Shown in pieces: positions 21,803 through 30,183 of a stretch of 62,415 nucleotides of DNA. The notes beneath the pieces were generated by a model. The model had not been told where the DNA came from. It saw only the letters and a list, made by a program, of their open reading frames with translations, and searched no databases. The translations under genes were made by a program, and so were the position numbers. The stretch is from Planctomycetota bacterium. Lineage in GTDB: Bacteria; Planctomycetota; Planctomycetia; Pirellulales; UBA1268. Location: the NCBI GenBank assembly GCA_003671185.1, contig QWPN01000106.1, positions 1-62,415 of the forward strand, written 5' to 3'. Positions within the stretch are counted from its first letter, which is position 1. Each line of letters opens with the position of its first letter.

Positions 21803-23335
21803 TCACTCCAATTCGGGCAGCATCGACTCGGCGGCGGCGGCCTCGCGCAGCTTTTCCAGGGCCTTGGCCTCGATCTGCCGCACCCGCTCCTTGGTCACAC
21901 CCAAGGCCGACCCCACCTCCTTGAGCGTCTGCGGCTCGTGCTCGTGGTCGAGCCCGTAGCGGCGGATGATGATCGTCTGTTCCCGCTGGTCGAGCCGGTC
22001 GAGGAACTTGCCCACCTGCTGGATGCGGTCGCTGGCGGCCAGCCGCTGCTGGTATTCGTCCTCACGGCGATCGGTGGCCGTCTGCAGCATCTCCATGTCG
22101 GCGGCCCGGAAGCGGTCCCGACGCCGGTGCTCGTCGGGGATCGTGCGGGCGTAGTTCTTCATGATGGCCCACGAGGCGTAGGTGCTGAACTTGTTGCCGC
22201 GGGCGTAGTCAAACTTCTCCACCGCCCGGATCAGCGACATGTTGCCGTCGCTGACGAGATCGAAAAAACTGTCCCCGGGCGACACCCGACGCTTGGCGAT
22301 CGACACCACCAGGCGCAGGTTCGACCGCACGATGCGATTCTTGATCTCCACGATCTCGGCATAGATGCGCTCGATCTGGTCCATGAGGCGGGCGCCGGGC
22401 TTCTCCACGTCGAGTTGCTTCCGCAGCGACTCCGCCCGATGCTTGAGGTAATTGAACTTGCGGAACAGCCACACCTCTTGTTCCCGCGTCAGGAGCGGCA
22501 CCTCGTAGAGACTGGCCAGGTAGGCCGGCAGTCCGCTGGGCCGCCGCACCCGCTTCAGGGCGTCGGGAGTGCCCGGGAACGGCTGGTTGACCACCTTCTC
22601 GGCGCTGCGCCGCGCGAACAACGCATTGGGGATGTAATCGAGTGGCAACTGCAGCACGTGCTCGGCCCGTTGCGAGAGGATGATCCGGTAGATGCTGGCC
22701 TTCGATCGGTGGTAGCGACGGGCGATCGACTCCACGGGTTCGCCCCGCAGATGATGCTGGTAGATGCGGGCCCGGCTCTCCGGCCGCAGGCGACCATCGG
22801 CGGGCGGGAACACCGCGGCATCGGGATTTTCCTGATCGTGCCGCTTGAGCGTGTAGCGGACCGTTTCCACGCTGCGGCCCAGCCGCTTGGCGATGCGCCT
22901 GTGGACGTCGGCAGGGCAGGCTCCGGCGACGGCCAGCCGGCGGGCCCAGGCGACGATCTTGTCGTGTTCGTCGGCCGAGAGTTGGCTGAAACGGCTGCCG
23001 CGTTCCACACGCAGCGGATTGGAACGAATGAATCGCTCGACGGCACCGGACAGGAAGCCGACCCGTCGCCGGCCGCCGACGGTGTAGCGCTGGGCGACCA
23101 GGCCGTGATCCCGCCAGCGGGAAATCGTCTTGGTGGACACGTTGAAGCGGCGTGCCAGGTCCTCGATCGAGAGCACTTCCTCGCCGGGGGGCACTTCGGT
23201 GCTGAAGGCGACGGTTTGGCCGTCGGCCATCGCACCCTGGACCGAGCCCGACTGGTCCGCGGCGGACAGTTGATGCCCGTCGCCGTCATCCTCCACGAAC
23301 AAGCGCGCGAAATCACCCGCAACATTGGAACGCAT
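21803..23335 (-). CDS. sigma-70 family RNA polymerase sigma factor with extended multi-HTH N-terminus
   Basis: Region 2 (NLRLVVSIAKRR...DLVSDGNMSLIRAVEKFDYARGNKFSTYASWAIMKNY) and region 4.2 (LKEVGSALGVTKERVRQIEAKALEKL) are present. The ATG at 23335 lies 5 nt after GGAGGTG. Confidence 0.85.
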   Translation of the reverse strand: MRSNVAGDFARLFVEDDGDGHQLSAADQSGSVQGAMADGQTVAFSTEVPPGEEVLSIEDLARRFNVSTKTISRWRDHGLVAQRYTVGGRRRVGFLSGAVERFIRSNPLRVERGSRFSQLSADEHDKIVAWARRLAVAGACPADVHRRIAKRLGRSVETVRYTLKRHDQENPDAAVFPPADGRLRPESRARIYQHHLRGEPVESIARRYHRSKASIYRIILSQRAEHVLQLPLDYIPNALFARRSAEKVVNQPFPGTPDALKRVRRPSGLPAYLASLYEVPLLTREQEVWLFRKFNYLKHRAESLRKQLDVEKPGARLMDQIERIYAEIVEIKNRIVRSNLRLVVSIAKRRVSPGDSFFDLVSDGNMSLIRAVEKFDYARGNKFSTYASWAIMKNYARTIPDEHRRRDRFRAADMEMLQTATDRREDEYQQRLAASDRIQQVGKFLDRLDQREQTIIIRRYGLDHEHEPQTLKEVGSALGVTKERVRQIEAKALEKLREAAAAESMLPELE

Positions 23336-23830
23336 GGTTCACCTCCGGGCCGGCGATCCGTTGCCGGCAGTTGTTGATGAGGGACTATCAGGCGGGCGCC
23401 CCTGACACACCCGACCGACACGTACCCTCGAGGCCCGTTACAGCAGTCAACCGTTCCACGCCCTCGATGGGGCCATCCATGCCCCAAAAATCCTTGTCGC
23501 GGACGCCCCAGTTATACGGTTCAGGGACCCTGCCGGTTCACCACCCAGGGACGATTTTTGACGCTTCCCCACCGGAGTCGGCAAGTTCGCAGGTGTCCTG
23601 TCGATTTTCGCCCGTCGCAACACCATGGCCGTCAAGGGTTTGCGTCGAGACCGATGCGTCGATCCTGTCTCGCGGCGAGGCTGCGGTGACTGCGCAAAGA
23701 CTTTGAAACAGGGCGTTTTTCGGGCCGGACACTTGGTGGCAATCGGGTTTCAAGCACCCGACGGGGGCATTCGGGGGGGAGACGGTCGGCCCTCGGCCTG
23801 CGATCGATCATTCGCCCCCCGGGAAGACGA

Positions 23831-25573
23831 ATGAAAGGGACCGGGCAACACGGGGAATGGTCTCCCCGGAGGCGGAGAAACACAGTGATTCGAATCGATT
23901 GGCAATTTCGTGCGACCGTCCTGTGGGCGATCCTCACCGCGCTGTCGGCCGGCCTGCTGCCGGCTGACGGGGACGAAACCGCTGTGCGGGAGGCCACGCC
24001 CGTGGCCGCAGACGTCGACGCCCTGGCCGCCGGCGACGATCCGGTGGCCGAGGTGCCCAGGGCTGATGTCGGCAGCGGACCAGCGGAGGACGCCGCCCCC
24101 CCCGCTGTTCTGGAGGACACTGCCGCTGCCGGTGAGGAACGGACCGTCGCCCTGGATGCGGAGTCCGATCAGCCGCCCGAGTCTCCCCCTGCCCACGAAC
24201 AGGCCAGAGCACCGGCGCCCGAGGTCGCAGCACGAGTTCCAGCGGCCACCCGCGTGCGGCTCAAGCTCGATGTCAGCGGGGAGCTTTTTGCGCCGGCCGG
24301 TCCGGACGCCCCGCAGGCCCGCGAGGCGATCGCCGTCGACGCCAGGTTCGACTTCATCGAGTCCGCCGACAAGCAGGAGCGGAAAGGCGTTTTCCTGCGG
24401 CACTACGCCGACGCCAGCGCCGAGCTCATGATTGCCGGCGAGCGATCCCGCGTCATGCTCGCGAACGACGCCCGCACCGTGCTGGTGGCCCTTCAGGGCA
24501 CCACGGCGACGCCTTATCTGGCCGCCGCCTTCCTGGCCCGCGAAGAACGGGATCTCCTCGAGACGCCGTTCGATCCGTTGCTGCTCGACGCCCTGCGACC
24601 CGTGGCCGCGGTGGCGACGGGAGACTCGTGGGATGTGTCCGCCGACATCGTGGCGGGCCTGCTGGCCATCGACACGATCGAGTCGGGCGGCATTCGCGCC
24701 ACCCTGACCGGGATCGAGGACGGTCGCGCGGCAGTCACGTTCGCCGGCATCGTGGACGGCGCTGCCGACGGCATGCCGACCCATGTCGTGGTGGAGGGCT
24801 CGTGCGTCGTGGCGGTGCTGGAGAACCCCGCGGCGAGCCCCTGCCGACTGGACGGGCCCGTCCAGTCGCTCACGGCAACCTGGCGGGAACGGCGCGAGGC
24901 CGGGCACGTGGCACCCGGCTTCGATGTAGAGGCCAGGCTTTCGTGTGCGCGGTCCGTGGCGGAATCGGTTCCTCCCCAGGCCGGTGCCGACGCCGGCACG
25001 AGTCCAGGCACGCGTCGTGCCGGCGACGGCCGCCCCGGGCTGATCTGGCATCGCGATCGCTCCGGCCGCTACGACCTCGTGCACGACGATCGCTGGCGGG
25101 TGATCGAGGATGGAGACGATGGGCTCGTCATGCGGCTCGTCGACCACGGCGCCCTGGTGGGCCAATGCTCCATCACAGCCCTGCCCCCCGCTGATGTCCG
25201 TCCGCCGCAACTCGCCGAGGTGCAGCGCGACGTGCAGCGGTCGTTGGCCGGGCAGTTCGACCACGTGGTGCACGCCTCGGAGGCGACCCGCAGCGATGGG
25301 GTGAGGATCGTCAGGGTGGAGGCGGCCGGAACCGCCGAGGGTAGGCCCTTTCGCTGGATGCACCACGTGCTCGCCGACGGGGCCGGTCGCCGGGTGGCGG
25401 TGACCTGCATGGTGGAGCAGCCCATGGCCTCCAGGTTCGCCACCGCCGACCGTGACCTGGTGGACGGGCTCCTGGTGGCCCCCGGGGAAGGCGGCGGCGG
25501 GGCGGCGGAAGGGCCGAAAAGCCCGCCGGACGACCGCGCGGCACGCGTCCCGGCGAAATCCCGCATGCCTTGA
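23831..25573 (+). CDS. hypothetical membrane-anchored/secreted protein (580 aa)
   Basis: It is the only long ORF in this interval with an N-terminal hydrophobic anchor (ATVLWAILTALSAGLL) and an acidic low-complexity linker. No family was recognised and the start is uncertain. Confidence 0.5.
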   Translation: MKGTGQHGEWSPRRRRNTVIRIDWQFRATVLWAILTALSAGLLPADGDETAVREATPVAADVDALAAGDDPVAEVPRADVGSGPAEDAAPPAVLEDTAAAGEERTVALDAESDQPPESPPAHEQARAPAPEVAARVPAATRVRLKLDVSGELFAPAGPDAPQAREAIAVDARFDFIESADKQERKGVFLRHYADASAELMIAGERSRVMLANDARTVLVALQGTTATPYLAAAFLAREERDLLETPFDPLLLDALRPVAAVATGDSWDVSADIVAGLLAIDTIESGGIRATLTGIEDGRAAVTFAGIVDGAADGMPTHVVVEGSCVVAVLENPAASPCRLDGPVQSLTATWRERREAGHVAPGFDVEARLSCARSVAESVPPQAGADAGTSPGTRRAGDGRPGLIWHRDRSGRYDLVHDDRWRVIEDGDDGLVMRLVDHGALVGQCSITALPPADVRPPQLAEVQRDVQRSLAGQFDHVVHASEATRSDGVRIVRVEAAGTAEGRPFRWMHHVLADGAGRRVAVTCMVEQPMASRFATADRDLVDGLLVAPGEGGGGAAEGPKSPPDDRAARVPAKSRMP

Positions 25574-25743
25574 CGGTGCCGGTTTTCAGGGCCACACTCT
25601 TTCACGTGCGGTCCTCGGTAGCGGCGGGCAATCGCCGTCGCGGGGATCGCCATGACAACGGGGAGAACGGCCGGACCGAGGTGCGAAGACGCCCACTTCC
25701 TCCCGGCCGCCGCGGACCCCATCAGCGGCCGGAGGCGTGAGCC

Positions 25744-26244
25744 ATCGAGAAGCAGCATCGCATCAACGAGCAGATTCGGATCACGCCGATCCGCGTGATC
25801 TCAGCCGAGGGCGGCCAACTCGGAATCATTTCCACCGAGGAGGCTCTCAACCTCGCCCGGGGAGCCGGGCTTGATCTCGTCGAGGTGGCTCCAAATGAGA
25901 AGCCGCCCGTCTGCCGGATCATGGATTTCGGCAAGTTCAAATACCAGCAGAAGAAAAAGCATCACAAGACGCACGTTCATCACGCCAAGATCAAGGAGAT
26001 CCGCCTCCGTCCGAAGACGGGCGAACACGACATCGAGTTCAAGGTCAACCAGGCCAAGAACTTCCTGCAGCACAAGGACAAGGTGATCGTGTCCGTCGTG
26101 TTCCGGGGCCGCGAACTGGCCCACATCGACGAGGGCCAGCGGGTGATGAAGATGATCCTCGAGCAGCTCGATCCGGTGTCGAAGGTCGAGGCGCCGCCCC
26201 AGCAGATGGGACGGCGGCTGGTCTGCACCCTGGCCCCGAAGTGA
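25744..26244 (+). CDS. infC: translation initiation factor IF-3, probable AUC start
   Basis: The conserved N-domain [19 protein letters not shown] lies upstream of the listed GTG (25795). An in-frame TGA at 25738-25740 bounds the ORF. The ATC at 25744 sits 8 nt after GGAGG (25731-25735). The C-domain is typical ([10 protein letters not shown]). Confidence 0.85.
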   Translation: MEKQHRINEQIRITPIRVISAEGGQLGIISTEEALNLARGAGLDLVEVAPNEKPPVCRIMDFGKFKYQQKKKHHKTHVHHAKIKEIRLRPKTGEHDIEFKVNQAKNFLQHKDKVIVSVVFRGRELAHIDEGQRVMKMILEQLDPVSKVEAPPQQMGRRLVCTLAPK

Positions 26245-26302
26245 TCGGCATCCCCACCCCACTCCTCTCACCCTCCATCACCTCCGACTCAGGGAGTTTC
26301 CC

Positions 26303-26506
26303 ATGCCAAAGCAGAAGACCCACAAGGGCGTCAAGAAGCGGTTCCGCACCACGGCCACGGGCAAGGTCAAGCATCGCCGCGCCGGCACCAGCCACCTGCA
26401 GGTGCGGCTCACGAGCAAGCGCAAGCGAGACCTGCGCGGCACAGGAGTGCTGGCCAAGGTCGAGACACCGCGCATCCTCGAGGCACTCGGCCCCTACAGC
26501 TACTGA
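26303..26506 (+). CDS. rpmI: 50S ribosomal protein L35
   Basis: MPKQKTHKGVKKRFRTTATGKVKHRRAGTSH is a typical L35 sequence. The gene follows infC. Confidence 0.95.
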   Translation: MPKQKTHKGVKKRFRTTATGKVKHRRAGTSHLQVRLTSKRKRDLRGTGVLAKVETPRILEALGPYSY

Positions 26507-26538
26507 ACACGGCGGGTGCCCGTCCCGTGCCCGCCGGT

Positions 26539-26556
26539 CCCCCGGACGTCCGGGGG
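26539..26556 (+). promoter_or_regulatory. perfect 18-nt GC palindrome in the rpmI-rplT spacer
   Basis: cccccggacgtccggggg is fully self-complementary. It lies 33 nt after the rpmI stop inside an unusually long (171-bp) spacer. Confidence 0.3.
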
Positions 26557-26677
26557 CGGGGTGGCGAAAGCCGAGGGATTCAGGGTGCCCCTTGCAATTG
26601 ACGCGATTGAAGGGCAATTTCTAGGGTTCTTGCCACTTCGTTTGTCGGCTCACCAGGGTTCGTGAAAGCCTCCTACC

Positions 26678-27055
26678 ATGCGCACAAAAAGCGTCGTTCC
26701 GCGTCTGCGGGCCAAAAAGCGTCTCTTCAAACGGGTCAAGGGGTCGGTCGGTGGCCGTCGCCGTCTGCTCCGCACCGCCAAGGAGTCGATCATCCGGGCC
26801 GGCGTGTATGCGCGGCGGGATCGGCGACGCAAGAAGCGTGATTTCCGGCGCCTGTGGATCGTGCGGCTCAACGCCGCGGCCCGGGAACGGGGTCTGCGGT
26901 ACAGCCAGTTGATCGCCGGGCTGGAGAAGATCGGCTGCGAACTCGATCGTCGCACGCTGGCTGAGATGGCGGTCGTCGACCCGACCGGTTTCGACGCGGT
27001 CGCGGCCGCGGTCCGGCAGGCTCTGGGCGTGCCGGAGCCGGCCGCCGTCGCCTGA
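26678..27055 (+). CDS. rplT: 50S ribosomal protein L20
   Basis: [23 protein letters not shown]...[26 protein letters not shown] is a typical L20 sequence. Confidence 0.95.
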   Translation: MRTKSVVPRLRAKKRLFKRVKGSVGGRRRLLRTAKESIIRAGVYARRDRRRKKRDFRRLWIVRLNAAARERGLRYSQLIAGLEKIGCELDRRTLAEMAVVDPTGFDAVAAAVRQALGVPEPAAVA

Positions 27056-27060
27056 CGAAT

Positions 27061-28083
27061 GTGACCACCAGCGCCGCGCTTGAATCGTTCCTGGCAGAAC
27101 TCGAGCGGCTGCGTGGCGACGCGGCGTCGAGCCTGGCCGCCGCCTCTGATGCCGGCGCGGTGGAGCAGGCGCGCATCGAATTCGTGGGGGCACGCAGTGG
27201 CCGGCTGAAGGCCGTGCAGAAGTTGCTGGGCGGGATCGCGCCGGCGGACAAGCCGGAGGCGGGCCGGCGATTCAACGAGATCAAGGCCGCAATTGCGGAG
27301 CTGTTCGCGGCGGCACAGGATCGGACGGCCGCCGCGGCCGCCGACACCGCCGGGGGCCCCCTCGACGTCACGCTGCCCGGCGCCGCCGTGCCGCTGGGGC
27401 ATCTGCATCCGATCACGCAGACGATCCGCCGCGTGCAGGAAATCATGGGTCGGCTCGGCTTCGAGAGCGTGGACGGTCCCGAGGTCGAGGATCCCTGGCA
27501 CAACTTCGAGGCGCTGGCGATCGCCCCGGAGCACCCGGCCCGGGATCCGCTCGACAACTTCTACTTGGCGGTCGCCCGCACCGCCGAGCCGCTTCTGCTG
27601 CGCAGCCAGACGAGCACCGTGCAGATTCGCGTCATGGAGTCGCGCCGGCCCCCGCTGCGGATCGTGTCGCTGGGACGCGTCTACCGCCCCGACACCGCCG
27701 ACGCCACGCACTACCCGATGTTCCACCAGGTGGAGGGCCTGCTCGTCGAGCCGGGAACGACCATGGCCCACCTGAAGAGTGTGCTGCGGCTGTTCGCCTC
27801 CAGCTTCCTGGGAGGTGATGTCCGCGTGCGCTTCCGCCCCTCGTTCTTCCCGTTCACCGAGCCGAGCGTGGAGGTGGACATGGAATGGGGTGGTCGCTGG
27901 GTGGAGATGGGCGGGGCCGGCATGGTCGACCCGGCGGTGCTCAAGGCCGTGGGTTACGATCCCGCCACGGTATCCGGCTTCGCCTTCGGTCTGGGCGTGG
28001 AGCGGATTGCCGCCCGCCGCCACGGGGTGGACGACATCCGCGACTTCTATCGCAACGACGTGCGCTTCCTCAGGCAGTTCTGA
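27061..28083 (+). CDS. pheS: phenylalanine--tRNA ligase alpha subunit
   Basis: Has class II aaRS motifs ([46 protein letters not shown]). It starts at a GTG 5 nt after the rplT stop. Confidence 0.93.
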   Translation: MTTSAALESFLAELERLRGDAASSLAAASDAGAVEQARIEFVGARSGRLKAVQKLLGGIAPADKPEAGRRFNEIKAAIAELFAAAQDRTAAAAADTAGGPLDVTLPGAAVPLGHLHPITQTIRRVQEIMGRLGFESVDGPEVEDPWHNFEALAIAPEHPARDPLDNFYLAVARTAEPLLLRSQTSTVQIRVMESRRPPLRIVSLGRVYRPDTADATHYPMFHQVEGLLVEPGTTMAHLKSVLRLFASSFLGGDVRVRFRPSFFPFTEPSVEVDMEWGGRWVEMGGAGMVDPAVLKAVGYDPATVSGFAFGLGVERIAARRHGVDDIRDFYRNDVRFLRQF

Positions 28084-28087
28084 ACCG

Positions 28088-30154
28088 ATGATCGTCTCCA
28101 TCACCTGGCTCGCCGACTATGTGCAGCTTCCCGCCTCCGTCGACGAATTGGTCGACCGGCTGCTGATGTCTGGCCTGAACCACGAGTCGACCCGGGCCGC
28201 GGGTGCCGACACGGCCGTGGAATTGGAGGTCACGAGCAACCGGCCCGACTGCCTGGGGCACATCGGTGTGGCCCGTGAAGTGGCCGTGCTCTACGGCAGG
28301 CCGCTGCACGTGCCCGATCCGCGGCCTGCGGAGCGCGGCCCCGACGTGGGAACTGGTCTGGCCGTGGAGATCCTGGCCGCCGACTGCTGCCCTTGCTACA
28401 CGGCGCGGGTGATTCGCGGACTGCGCGTGGGCCCGAGCCCGCAGTGGCTCGTCGACCGGCTGCACACCGTGGGGCTGGCCAGCGTCAACAATGTGGTCGA
28501 CATCACCAACTACGTGATGCTGGAGTGCGGCCAGCCGCTGCATGCCTTCGACCTGGCGAAGATCCGGGGCGGAACGCTCTCGGTGCGCCGTGCCCGTGAT
28601 GGAGAAACCTTCACGGCGATCAACCACAAGACCTACACGCTCGACGAGCGGATGTGCGTGATCGCCGATGCCGCCGGCCCGCTGGCCCTGGCCGGCGTGA
28701 TGGGAGGCGCCGAGAGCGAGATTGGCGGCGCCACGACCGACATCCTCATCGAGTCGGCACAGTTCGCCCCGCTGCCGGTGCGGGCGGCGGCACGCGGACT
28801 CGTGCTGGCCAGTGCCTCGTCCTACCGCTTCGAACGCGGCCCCGATCCGGCCATGGTGGATTGGGCCAGCCGCCGCACGGCGGCACTGATCCTGGAGTTG
28901 GCGGGGGGCACGCTGGACCGGGGCAGCCTCACGGCCGGCCGGCTGGCCTGTCCGGCGGCGGAGATTTCGCTGGCCGCGACGCGGGTCGCCGCGGTGCTGG
29001 GAGTGGACGTGCCCGCCGAACGGCAGCAGCGCATCCTCACGGGGCTGGGGTTCATCGAGCAACCCGGCCCTGCCGGATCGCTGTGGCGTGCGCCTTCGTG
29101 GCGACGCGACGTGTGGCGGGAGATCGACCTCGTGGAGGAGATCGCCCGCATCGAGGGCTACGATCACGTGCCCGAGGACGCGCCGATCGAAGCCCGGGCG
29201 GTCGAACTGTCGGATCGCGAACTGACGATGCGCCGGGCCGGTGAGGCGCTCGTGGCCGCGGGCTTCTGCGAGGCCATGACCCGCAGTGTCGTGAACTCCG
29301 ACCTGGCCGCCGTCCCCAGCCCGTGGGGCGACGCCGCTCCCCTCGTGATCGCGCCGCCGCTGGTGCGTGGTGCCGACCGCCTGCGGCGCAGCCTCCTGCC
29401 CAGCCTGCTCGAGGCCCGGGCCACGAACGCCGCGGCCGGCACGAGCGACGCTGAACTGTTCGAGATCGCGCGGGCCTACATCCCCCGCGGCGCAGGCCCG
29501 GCCATCGGCACGGGGCCGGTCGAGGAACCGCTTCTGTTGGCCTTCGTCAGCGGCGGTGATTTTTTCCGTGCCAAGGGGCTCGCCGGCGCCGTGCTCGCCC
29601 GCTTGGGGATCGGCGCCGCGGAGGCTGCCGGCGAGATGCGGGTCTCCTATCGGCCGTGGGCAGGATCTCCGTTTGTCGCAGGGCGTGCCGCGGAGATCGT
29701 GCTCGAGCGTCCCGGCTGCGACGCCGCACGCGTGGGCGTAGTGGGTGAGGTGGCGCGGACGATGCTCGGCGAGCGGGGCCTGGAGGGTGACGTGGCTGCG
29801 GCCGAACTGCGGCTCGACCGGCTGGAGTTTGCGGCCCAGCTGGAGCGTCCCCTGCGCCGCCCCAGCGACTTCCCTGCCCTGCAACGCGACCTGAACCTGG
29901 TGGTCGATGCCGCGGTGCCGTGGAGCGACATCGAGGCGGCGATCCGCGCATCAGCCGCCGGCCTCGTGGAAGAGTGCCGCGTGGTGCAGGTCTGGCAGGA
30001 TGCCGACCGGCTGGGGGCCGGCAAGAAGAGCGTGGTCGCGGCGCTGAGGCTGCGCAGCGACGCCGGCACGCTCACCAGCGACGCTGCCAGCCGGGCCGTC
30101 GATGCGATGGTGGCGGAGTGCGGCCGCCGAGTGGGCGCGGTGCTCCGGTCTTGA
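28088..30154 (+). CDS. pheT: phenylalanine--tRNA ligase beta subunit (short form)
   Basis: The ATG at 28088 lies 4 nt after the pheS stop. The N-terminus is MIVSITWLADYV and the protein has TSNRPDCLGHIGVAREV. B3/4, B5 and C-terminal FDX-ACB-like regions are present, for 688 aa in total. Confidence 0.9.
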   Translation: MIVSITWLADYVQLPASVDELVDRLLMSGLNHESTRAAGADTAVELEVTSNRPDCLGHIGVAREVAVLYGRPLHVPDPRPAERGPDVGTGLAVEILAADCCPCYTARVIRGLRVGPSPQWLVDRLHTVGLASVNNVVDITNYVMLECGQPLHAFDLAKIRGGTLSVRRARDGETFTAINHKTYTLDERMCVIADAAGPLALAGVMGGAESEIGGATTDILIESAQFAPLPVRAAARGLVLASASSYRFERGPDPAMVDWASRRTAALILELAGGTLDRGSLTAGRLACPAAEISLAATRVAAVLGVDVPAERQQRILTGLGFIEQPGPAGSLWRAPSWRRDVWREIDLVEEIARIEGYDHVPEDAPIEARAVELSDRELTMRRAGEALVAAGFCEAMTRSVVNSDLAAVPSPWGDAAPLVIAPPLVRGADRLRRSLLPSLLEARATNAAAGTSDAELFEIARAYIPRGAGPAIGTGPVEEPLLLAFVSGGDFFRAKGLAGAVLARLGIGAAEAAGEMRVSYRPWAGSPFVAGRAAEIVLERPGCDAARVGVVGEVARTMLGERGLEGDVAAAELRLDRLEFAAQLERPLRRPSDFPALQRDLNLVVDAAVPWSDIEAAIRASAAGLVEECRVVQVWQDADRLGAGKKSVVAALRLRSDAGTLTSDAASRAVDAMVAECGRRVGAVLRS

Positions 30155-30183
30155 ACGGCGCGGGGCGTGGCCGCGGCGTTGTG

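Noticed and set aside
25795-25797. GTG 25795 as the infC start, as listed in the ORF track
   Set aside because: It would delete the conserved [14 protein letters not shown]-terminal block, which is encoded in frame upstream.
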